From Candidatus Peribacteraceae bacterium (GTDB lineage: Bacteria > Patescibacteriota > Gracilibacteria > Peribacterales > Peribacteraceae), in contig JBBAAJ010000002.1 of the NCBI GenBank assembly GCA_041658365.1, forward strand, positions 1 to 39,271: a stretch of 39,271 nt of DNA. Reading direction: 5' to 3'. The notes under the pieces are model-generated. The model worked only from the letters and a program-made list of their open reading frames with translations. It was not told the DNA's origin and made no database searches. Made by a program: the position numbers and the translations under genes. This document shows positions 32,230 to 39,271 of this stretch, piece after piece (the first letter of the stretch is position 1; each line of letters begins with the position of its first letter).

Positions 32230-33033
32230 TTGACGCCAAGATGTCGATGTCCTATAAATGTCCCCTTTCCTCTCCTCACTCCCATGGAAACACCATCTGG
32301 TCAAAACCAAGTCGGTCAAGAACTCAAACAGCACACTGGCCGGCTGGTTAAGCTCGGCCGAGAAATTCTCGGACTTCATAGCAAAGATCCTGATGCGAAC
32401 CCCGGTGCTGGTCGGCAGGAACAGGTGATAATCATAGCTAACAGTAAGCGAATGCAGGATAATGATATCTTCGAACAGATCATTACTGAAGACGGGACAG
32501 GTCATGCCGTGCAGATCCAGTATGTGAAACGCACTGAGACGCCGCGCCAGTCCTTGTTAGAAGATAGAAAGCCTGCGGTAAGCAGAACCGACCAATCGCA
32601 ATCATTCGAACAGCCATCCTTAATAGAAGGCGGGGCGGTAAGCAGAATCGACCAATTGCGATTCGATCTTTCAGATAAAATGGGGAAGGCGGCTTTCGGA
32701 TTGGTTTTTCAAAAACCAGCCGAGACCGACGACTCCGCCTTCGAACTCATGGAAGTGAAGACCAGAGACGACGATCTATCACGGCCGAACACGTTCCATC
32801 TGACTGGCGAAGCAGCGCCAAGGCAGGCGCACATTTTGGAGGATTCCGAAATAATCGCCGCCATGGAAGCGGTGACACAGCAACTAATTAGGATTCTCGA
32901 GCAGGCTGTAATCACCCCATGGAATCGCGCGGAAGTTCTAGGCCCGTTGCGAGAGCTCTTGAGAGCGCGGCGAGCAACACTAGGGGGCAGATTTCGTGCA
33001 GCCATCGATGCACTGCTTCGAAGAATTGTCTGA
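32230..33033 (+). CDS. hypothetical protein with an internal ~22-aa repeat
   Basis: An open frame in a somewhat AT-richer stretch. It has a 66-nt-spaced direct repeat (32558-32605 and 32624-32668) sharing gcggtaagcagaaYcgaccaatYgcRat. The start may be ATG 32284 (METPSGQ). No family recognised. Confidence 0.35.
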   Translation: MTPRCRCPINVPFPLLTPMETPSGQNQVGQELKQHTGRLVKLGREILGLHSKDPDANPGAGRQEQVIIIANSKRMQDNDIFEQIITEDGTGHAVQIQYVKRTETPRQSLLEDRKPAVSRTDQSQSFEQPSLIEGGAVSRIDQLRFDLSDKMGKAAFGLVFQKPAETDDSAFELMEVKTRDDDLSRPNTFHLTGEAAPRQAHILEDSEIIAAMEAVTQQLIRILEQAVITPWNRAEVLGPLRELLRARRATLGGRFRAAIDALLRRIV

Positions 33034-33065
33034 GCAGTTTCTTGCATAAATGGCTAAGGAATCCG

Positions 33066-34565
33066 TCACCCCATGACGCCCTGCCGGTACTGCAGCGCTT
33101 CCGCGATGTGCGGAAGCTCGATGCCGTCGCTTTCCGCGAGATCCGCGATCGTCCGCGCCACCTTGATGACGCGGTGGTAGGCGCGCGCGGAGAGCTGCAG
33201 GCGTTCCGCCGCTTTCCTCAGGAGCTGTTCGCTCTCCGTATTGATCGGGCAGAAGGTCTCGATGTCCCGTACGCCCATTTCCTTGTTCGTGGAGAAAGAA
33301 GTGCCGGAAAAGCGCTTTATCTGGCGTTCCCTGGCTTTGAGCACCCGTCTTCGGATCACTGCGCTCGTTTCGGCGTTCGGATCACGTTTGCGCTGGAGAT
33401 CGGCGATATCCACGGGCTGCACGTCAATGGTGAGGTCGATGCGGTCGAGGAGCGGCGCCGAGATCCGCCGCTTCATCCGTTCGGCGGACGCGGAGGCGTA
33501 CTTCGGCGGATTCATCGCGCCGACGAGGATGAAGTCCGAGGGGAACGTGACGGTTCCCTGCGCGCGGTTGATGGTGATCCTGCGGTCCTCCATGGGCTGG
33601 CGCAGCACTTCGAGGACCTGCGGCGGGAACTCCGCGAGTTCGTCGAGGAACAGGACGCCGCGGTGGGCTAGAGAGATCTCCCCCGGCATGGGGTGCTGCC
33701 CTCCGCCGACGATGGCGACGCCGCTGGCGGTGTGGTGCACGGCCCGGAGCGGCCGTTCCATGATGAGCGGGGTGGTGGGAGGGAGGAGATTGGCAACCGA
33801 GTAGATGCCGGTGACCTCCAGCGACTCGTCGCGCGTGAGCGGTGGGAGGATGCCCCTAAGTGCGTTCGCGAGCAGTGTCTTGCCGGAGCCGGGAGCGCCG
33901 CTCATGAGCACGTTATGCCCGCCCGCTGCGGCGATCTCGAGCGCGCGCTTGGCCTGTGCCTGCCCGCGGACATCCGCGAAATCGATAGGGGGACTCATGT
34001 CCGGCGCGCAGGCCGGCGGCGCGATATCCGGCGGCGCCATTTCTCCACGCAGACAGGCGATGACTTCCTTAAGGTGCGGGACGGCGATGATCTGTATCCC
34101 CGGGACGAGCGCCGCCTCCGCTCCGTTGACTGCCGGAACCACGAGGCTCTTTATGCCCATGGCACGGCAGGAGAGCGCGCAGGAGAGCACGCCGATGACA
34201 TGCCGGAGCGAACCGTCGAAGGCGAGTTCGCCGAGGAACGCGGTGGACGCGAGTGTGCTTGCAGGGATTTCGATGGCGTTGTTGCTGAGGAGGACGCCCA
34301 GCGCGATGGGGAGATCGAACCTCGAGCCCGCCTTGCGTATGTGCGCGGGGGCGAGATTGACGCTCGTCACGCGGCCCATCGGAGTGCGATAGCCGGAGGA
34401 CTTGAGCGCCATGATGACGCGCTGCTTGCTCTCCTGGACCGCGGTATCCCCGAGGCCGACGATCAAAAATTTCGGTTCGCCCGAGGTCGGGGTCACGCCG
34501 ATTTCCACCTGGACAGGCAAAGCGCTGAGCCCGAGAGTTGTGAAGGAAGTGAGTTGTGTGAGCAT
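33066..34565 (-). CDS. comM: Mg-chelatase-like AAA+ ATPase YifB/ComM
   Basis: N-terminal MLTQLTSFTTLGLSALPVQVEI (Lon-protease-like S5 fold), Walker A GAPGSGKT, Walker B VLFLDELAEF and C-terminal SARAYHRVIKVARTIADL, as in the ComM/YifB family. Confidence 0.88.
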   Translation of the reverse strand: MLTQLTSFTTLGLSALPVQVEIGVTPTSGEPKFLIVGLGDTAVQESKQRVIMALKSSGYRTPMGRVTSVNLAPAHIRKAGSRFDLPIALGVLLSNNAIEIPASTLASTAFLGELAFDGSLRHVIGVLSCALSCRAMGIKSLVVPAVNGAEAALVPGIQIIAVPHLKEVIACLRGEMAPPDIAPPACAPDMSPPIDFADVRGQAQAKRALEIAAAGGHNVLMSGAPGSGKTLLANALRGILPPLTRDESLEVTGIYSVANLLPPTTPLIMERPLRAVHHTASGVAIVGGGQHPMPGEISLAHRGVLFLDELAEFPPQVLEVLRQPMEDRRITINRAQGTVTFPSDFILVGAMNPPKYASASAERMKRRISAPLLDRIDLTIDVQPVDIADLQRKRDPNAETSAVIRRRVLKARERQIKRFSGTSFSTNKEMGVRDIETFCPINTESEQLLRKAAERLQLSARAYHRVIKVARTIADLAESDGIELPHIAEALQYRQGVMG

Positions 34566-34693
34566 GGGAGGGTGTAGGGAAGAAAGTAGTGGAGGAGGTC
34601 GCTGGTAGATGGTGTACTTTCGTACACCTTTCTGCAATTTATTGAAGAGGACAAGTTCCTCCGAGTGTGTTCCTATAAATTATTCATGCTACA

Positions 34694-35065
34694 GTGCGGT
34701 TCATGGGGACTTCGGCTGCTACCGGCCAGCAGGGCGAGGAACTCGCGGCTTCCTATTTGAAGCGAAATGGATATCGGATTTGCGAGCGCAACGTACGGTT
34801 TAAGCGCCTCGAAATAGACATCATCGCCTACGATAAGAAGCGGAAGATGATGGTGTTCGTCGAAGTAAAGGCGCGGTCGCACCCTTCGCTCGAGTATCCC
34901 ATTCGAACGGCGGTCGATCAGCGCAAGCGCCGCGCGCTCCGGCAGGCGGTGGCGCGGTGGGTGAATAAGCACGAGTACGAAGGCCCCGGACGAATCGACA
35001 TTGTCTGCATCGGCGATGGAAAAATGCAGGAACACATCATGGACATCGGGTCGGATTTCTATTAG
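34694..35065 (+). CDS. yraN: YraN-family (UPF0102) endonuclease-like protein
   Basis: GQQGEELAASYLKRNGYRICERNVRFKRLEIDIIAYDKKRKMMVFVEVKARS matches the YraN pattern. The start is GTG 34694 or ATG 34703. Confidence 0.75.
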   Translation: MRFMGTSAATGQQGEELAASYLKRNGYRICERNVRFKRLEIDIIAYDKKRKMMVFVEVKARSHPSLEYPIRTAVDQRKRRALRQAVARWVNKHEYEGPGRIDIVCIGDGKMQEHIMDIGSDFY

Positions 35066-35149
35066 GGATATCGAAAATGCATGGCCGTATGCGGAAGATC
35101 AGTATCGATACCTTTTTCTGATACATTGAGAAGTGCACGTCTTTTATTT

Positions 35150-35279
35150 CCTCTCCCTTCGCCGCAGCGGAGGGAGAGGATCAAGGTGAGGGTGGATTCG
35201 GAGTATTGAGCATGTAGAAGCCACTGAAGCACCCTCACCCTGACCCTCTCCCGCACGCGCGACGCGCGCAGGAGAGGGC
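35150..35279. repeat. REP-like extragenic palindrome cluster
   Basis: cctctccct (35150-35158) pairs with agggagagg (35171-35179). ggtgagggtg (35186-35195) pairs with caccctcacc (35231-35240). ccctctcc (35245-35252) pairs with ggagaggg near 35271-35278. Confidence 0.6.
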
Positions 35280-35388
35280 TGAAAAAGGATCAGTTCTGCT
35301 TCTCTTTCCCTTTTTCTACAGTATTGGTCTAAAGACCATATTTCCAATTTATTGTCATGTCCGGCTACATGTTCGGGAAATAAAAATA

Positions 35389-35397
35389 TGTTATAAT
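35389..35397 (+). promoter_or_regulatory. candidate extended -10 promoter element TGTTATAAT
   Basis: TGn-TATAAT lies in an AT-rich stretch about 40 nt upstream of the ATG at 35437. No convincing -35 was found. Confidence 0.3.
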
Positions 35398-35498
35398 TAT
35401 GCGATTATATCTCCCAAATACCCATAGCGAAGACACATGCCAAAATCACAGCCGGCTTCCTCGCAGCGGCACTGGCGCTTGCAGTCGCGGCGCTCTCC

Positions 35499-37238
35499 AT
35501 GACGCGCGGCGCACCTCTACGTGCGGAAGGCGTATGCGGCGACATGGCCAGGGACTTAAGCGAGCAGTGCGATGACGGGAATCTGGTGAACGGCGATGGC
35601 TGTTCCTCTCTGTGCACGATCGAACGTTGTGGCAACGGCGTTCTGGACGCGGGCGAGCAGTGCGACCCGTCCGTACCGGCCAACGGCCGGGCGGGTGACG
35701 GAAACACGGTGGATGGCGACGGCTGCAACTACCTCTGTCAGGTGGAGTTCTGCGGAGACCGTAGCGTGCAAGATGGTCTCGGCGAGGAATGTGATGATGG
35801 CAATGGCGTCTCCGGTGACGGATGTTCATCTCTGTGCAAGCTGGAAGGAGAAAAAAAGCCGGAAAGTTCCTCGTCGAGCAGCGTGTCTTCCGAGCAGACA
35901 CTGGTACCTACGCCACCTCCGGAGGCGAAAAAGCCGGGGGGGGATGGAGCGAAAGGCTACTGGCTCCAGAAGCAGGCGGTGAGCAGCAGCGCGGAGAGCA
36001 CTGTCGTGCAGCAGGCGATATCGGCCACGCAGTTCCTGGCTCTGCCCGCTGCGGAGGACTACAAGCAGTATTTCTCGCGGGAGGAGAATCTCATGCTCGA
36101 GGGGATCATGGTGAAACTCCGGTCCGGCCGGCGCCTCACGACGGATGAACGCGAACAGGCCGGACAACTCTCGAAGAAGTTTTCCGAGAGCAAATATACC
36201 GAGCGCGACCGCTATGTTTCACTCCTGAGGGAGTTCGTCACCACACCCATCAGTGCGATCGTCGTGGAGGAGCAGAAACTGGAGGTCTCTCTCCTCGTGA
36301 CCCCCGAGATCCCGGTGGCGATTTCGGAGCTGATGAAAACGGCGAAGATCCTCTCTCCGAAGGAGCTCACGCGGCAGGTGACGGACGGAGTCCGGAAACT
36401 CCAGAAGCAGGGGATCGACATCGAGCCGGTCATCGGGAAAGAGTACGCAGCGTACCTCGGTCCGGGAAACAGGCCGATTCAGGTGTTCATGACGCTGAAG
36501 ACGATCAAGGAAGCCGCGGAACGGCATGCGACGACGGACCTGCAGGGTTCGCTTCGTACTCTCCGGCGCGAGGCGCTCTCTCTCAGGCAGGCGCTCCCCG
36601 TCCTCGAGCGGGAGTATGGCATGAAGGCATCCGACATCGAGCCGATCCTCAAGGGAATCGATGACATTGTCACGGAAGCAGGGAAGGACGACGTCGAACG
36701 CATCGTGAATGCAGTGGACCGCCTCCTTCTCATTCTCGAGCGCAGGAACATTGTGACGAAAGCGGAGCTGGTCACCGGAGCCATCCCCTCTCCGCATGCG
36801 GCGGCGGTCGTGGAGATCGCCCGGGATGCGGGCTGGAAGACGCCTCTCACGGCGAGCCTCGATGTGCCGTCACTGGTCACGGATCTCACACAGGCGGCGC
36901 CCGATGAGTACCGCTGGTTTTTCGAGCAGGGAACGAATGATGAACAGCGTGCAGCGCTCCTGAAGTACCTCGGGACAGACAAGCGGCTTGGTAGCCTCCT
37001 CGCGATGCTTCGGGAGGAGGGACGGACAGACATGGATGCGCGGTATCGGGAACTGGTTGAGCAAATCAAGAATGTGGGGACTGGAACGGACACGGAGCCA
37101 CCCTGTGATGATTCGATGGTGGACGCGCTGCGTTGCACGAACAAGTTCATGAAGGACGTACAGGAGACGACGCGCGGACGAAGCACGTTCTCGCGATTCA
37201 TCGGCACGCTTCAGGATCTCTTCGGCATTGATTCATGA
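35499..37238 (+). CDS. cysteine-rich-repeat protein (CxxDDGNxxxGDGCSxxC modules), probably exported
   Basis: Modules EQCDDGNLVNGDGCSSLC, EQCDP...GDGNTVDGDGCNYLC and EECDDGNGVSGDGCSSLC are followed by a Ser-rich linker and a ~450-aa helical region. The true start is probably ATG 35437, restored by a 1-nt indel (see findings). Confidence 0.75.
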   Translation: MTRGAPLRAEGVCGDMARDLSEQCDDGNLVNGDGCSSLCTIERCGNGVLDAGEQCDPSVPANGRAGDGNTVDGDGCNYLCQVEFCGDRSVQDGLGEECDDGNGVSGDGCSSLCKLEGEKKPESSSSSSVSSEQTLVPTPPPEAKKPGGDGAKGYWLQKQAVSSSAESTVVQQAISATQFLALPAAEDYKQYFSREENLMLEGIMVKLRSGRRLTTDEREQAGQLSKKFSESKYTERDRYVSLLREFVTTPISAIVVEEQKLEVSLLVTPEIPVAISELMKTAKILSPKELTRQVTDGVRKLQKQGIDIEPVIGKEYAAYLGPGNRPIQVFMTLKTIKEAAERHATTDLQGSLRTLRREALSLRQALPVLEREYGMKASDIEPILKGIDDIVTEAGKDDVERIVNAVDRLLLILERRNIVTKAELVTGAIPSPHAAAVVEIARDAGWKTPLTASLDVPSLVTDLTQAAPDEYRWFFEQGTNDEQRAALLKYLGTDKRLGSLLAMLREEGRTDMDARYRELVEQIKNVGTGTDTEPPCDDSMVDALRCTNKFMKDVQETTRGRSTFSRFIGTLQDLFGIDS

Positions 37239-38341
37239 CGAATCTCACCCCGCCAACCGCAGGCCAACCGATCGTGCCGGTCTCCCCGCTCCGCGGGGCG
37301 CGTGCGCCGCAGCAGAAAGCCATCGAGCTCGCGATGCTCAAAAGGGGGACGAAAGACTTCCTGGAGTTCGTGGATGCCACGAAGGAGGTGTGTTACGGGT
37401 ACCTCTACCACCGCACCGGATCACTGAAGCTCACGCAGACACTCATGAAGGAGATCTATCTCTCCGTCCTGAGCCGCTCCATGTCCCTCTGGTGGTTCGG
37501 GGCGCTGAGCGTGAAGTTTCTCCTGGAAACGGCTGACCACGTGCTCCGGGATCGTCCCCTGGAGGAGGCGGATCTCGATCGGGTGTACCTCCCGCGCCTC
37601 GCGTGGCTCACGGACAGCGAGCGGAAGACTGTTTCCTCGCTGCATGACGCGCTGTGGACGCTGCCGATTCCGGCGCAGAGGCTTCTCATTCTCTCGATCC
37701 TGCTCGGCTTTCCAGGTGAGCGGATCGGGCAGTTTCTCCTCGAGCGGCCCGAGACGGTTTTGGAAGAACTGAAAACGGCGAAGGATCTCCTCCTCTCCCG
37801 CTGGCAGCCGTCGGTGGAGATCAGGGAAAAGCTTGAGTCGCTCGTCTTCGCGCCCGCGCTGGACATCCATCAGGAAACCGATCTCCGCTTCAGCGTCGTG
37901 GAGAAGTACAACGCCATCCGCTTCCGCCGCTACCAGTGGGTGATCATCGGCGGGCTTTTCGCGGTACTCTCGAATGTCATCGTGGCGAGCGTTCTGGCAT
38001 TCGCCGTCATCACGCAGCCGCCGACGTCGCTGAAGGGGAGCAGGACGGAGGTCGCTTCCTTAGACGCGCTCCTCGTGAAACGGGAGATGGAACTGGCGGC
38101 GACGAAGCGGTCCATCGCCGCCTCGTTCAGGGAAGCGCAGCGCATCACCGCGTATGACGTCACGCGGAACCTCACGACTATCGGTCTCGGCTCCGCTCTC
38201 CAGGCGCTACGGGCCGAGCAGGCGGATGAGGCGCAGGTGGACAGGGTGATCAAGCTCCTCGAGAGGGCGCGAATGGCGCTGAAGCCGTACATCGATGGAA
38301 CGCTCTATGCCGCCCGGACGATCCTGGCGGCCGGAGGATAA
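37235..38341 (+). CDS. ECF-sigma-like protein fused to a TM helix and an extracytoplasmic C-terminal domain
   Basis: ATGA overlap with the upstream gene. Region-2-like FLEFVDATKEVCYGYLYHRTGSLKLTQTLMKEIYLSV. Region-4-like LPIPAQRLLILSILLGFPGERIGQFLLERPETVLEELKTAKDLL. TM helix YQWVIIGGLFAVLSNVIVASVLAFAVI. Confidence 0.45.
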   Translation: MTNLTPPTAGQPIVPVSPLRGARAPQQKAIELAMLKRGTKDFLEFVDATKEVCYGYLYHRTGSLKLTQTLMKEIYLSVLSRSMSLWWFGALSVKFLLETADHVLRDRPLEEADLDRVYLPRLAWLTDSERKTVSSLHDALWTLPIPAQRLLILSILLGFPGERIGQFLLERPETVLEELKTAKDLLLSRWQPSVEIREKLESLVFAPALDIHQETDLRFSVVEKYNAIRFRRYQWVIIGGLFAVLSNVIVASVLAFAVITQPPTSLKGSRTEVASLDALLVKREMELAATKRSIAASFREAQRITAYDVTRNLTTIGLGSALQALRAEQADEAQVDRVIKLLERARMALKPYIDGTLYAARTILAAGG

Positions 38342-38354
38342 GGCTCATTCCTTC

Positions 38355-39059
38355 TCAGGGAAGGCGGCAGTCCTTGCCGCACCCGTCCCCATCGACATCG
38401 TTTGCATCATCGCACTGCTCCGTGGACGCTTGCCAGCCATCGCCGCACCGCCCCTTTCCCTGCATGTTGATGATGACTCCGCCCGGGTCGTTCGTGACGA
38501 TGACAAAGAGGGAATTCGGCGAGAACCTCACCGTCCCCTCACCGATGTCCGTCGGCGCGAAGGTGAAGCCGCCGTCCTGCTCCATCTTCCGTATTCCCCC
38601 GCCGTGGGATGCGTCTTCCGCGCGCGCTCTCTGTGAGGCGAAGAACACGCCGGGGAACCGGACCCTGAATGCCTGGTTGTTCTGATTCTTCCGTTCGAGG
38701 GCGGCATCCTGGCTCGTGTACTTGTAGCCGAAGTAGTTGGCGGGCCGGCCGCCGTTGATCACGAAGTCGAGCGGAACTTCCTCGATGGGATACTCCTCGG
38801 ACTCCGTCACATCACCTGTCTCGACCACATGAATCACGTCCGCGGTGAGGTGGTCGGCACGCACGTTGGGGAAACGGATCCTGCGGACCGAGTTGCTGTC
38901 GAGGAGTAGCGCGCTGATCTGCGGGCTCTGGAAAGGAATCTTCTCCGCGCTGTTGACGGATCGTTTCGGGGAGCTGCAGGAAGCGAGCAGAAGGAATGAG
39001 GCGAGGAAGATCGCTGCTCGCGCGAATGGAAGATGCCCCTGCGTGCGACCGTTGGCCAT
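38355..39059 (-). CDS. lipoprotein with a C-terminal cysteine-rich repeat module
   Basis: Lipobox in MANGRTQGHLPFARAAIFLASFLLLASC. The C-terminus CGDGWQASTEQCDDANDVDGDGCGKDC is the same module as in the 35499 protein. Confidence 0.7.
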   Translation of the reverse strand: MANGRTQGHLPFARAAIFLASFLLLASCSSPKRSVNSAEKIPFQSPQISALLLDSNSVRRIRFPNVRADHLTADVIHVVETGDVTESEEYPIEEVPLDFVINGGRPANYFGYKYTSQDAALERKNQNNQAFRVRFPGVFFASQRARAEDASHGGGIRKMEQDGGFTFAPTDIGEGTVRFSPNSLFVIVTNDPGGVIINMQGKGRCGDGWQASTEQCDDANDVDGDGCGKDCRLP

Positions 39060-39095
39060 GGCAGAGATCAGTATGCAGGATTCGGGAATTGGACG

Positions 39096-39271
39096 CTATT
39101 CCCTCCCAAGCGACTCCGCGCGTTTCGAGAGCATGTCGGCGTACTGCGGCAGATCGAGTGTTACGCGTGCCTCCCCTGTGTCCATCGCCGCTTTGGCGAC
39201 GGCCGATGCAACACGTGGGAGCAGGCGCGGGTCGAACGGTTTCGGGAGGAGGCAGGTTTTTCCGAAGGCGA
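39096..39271 (-). CDS. malic enzyme, C-terminal end (5' part outside window)
   Basis: The minus frame gives AFGKTCLLPKPFDPRLLPRVASAVAKAAMDTGEARVTLDLPQYADMLSKRAESLGRE. From memory, the PKPFDPRL...VA.AVAKAAM..G.A segment resembles the NAD(P)-malic enzyme C-terminus. Confidence 0.5.
   Translation of the reverse strand, partial: AFGKTCLLPKPFDPRLLPRVASAVAKAAMDTGEARVTLDLPQYADMLSKRAESLGRE

Noticed and set aside
1-39271. An alternative genetic code (UGA recoded), as seen in some candidate-phyla lineages.
   Set aside because: Well-recognised genes (murG, P1, tsaC, and the ATGA/GTGA junctions) terminate at TGA at the expected length. No conserved gene needs an in-frame TGA read-through.

Overview
This is a 39.3-kb bacterial chromosomal window of roughly 60% GC. 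It uses the standard code: TGA acts as a stop in full-length housekeeping genes. Recognisable genes are lspA (partial), ftsW, murG, a lipoprotein cyclophilin, gltX, murB, a two-OB-fold ssb, dnaE, tsaC, nrdR, aspS, tRNA-Leu(UAG), pyrF, comM/yifB, yraN and the 3' end of a malic enzyme. Between them lie three stretches of orphan coding sequence. (i) A translationally coupled five-gene operon (7760-15844, about 2,690 aa). Every product has a signal peptide or N-terminal anchor, is Cys-rich, and matches nothing I can recognise. This is my top candidate for an undescribed extracytoplasmic system. (ii) An AT-richer islet carrying a two-HKD phospholipase-D-family gene with an overlapping small ORF, followed by highly charged orphan proteins around tRNA-Leu. 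(iii) Two proteins with CxxDDGNxxxGDGCSxxC cysteine-rich repeats flanking a membrane-anchored ECF-sigma-like protein. The non-coding DNA is unusually structured. It contains two copies of a ~160-nt element with a conserved multi-helix fold, and a family of AT-rich long hairpins sharing a CGCAAGCGAA core. It also contains several other long hairpins whose arms are short tandem repeats, a 7-nt microsatellite inside tsaC, and a recurring GCRGGTA-NN-TACCYGC palindrome. I saw no CRISPR array, transposase, integrase or rRNA. The gene content is compatible with an uncultured reduced-genome lineage (CPR/Patescibacteria-like), but that is inference only. All calls come from reading the translations and sequence by eye; no database search was possible.
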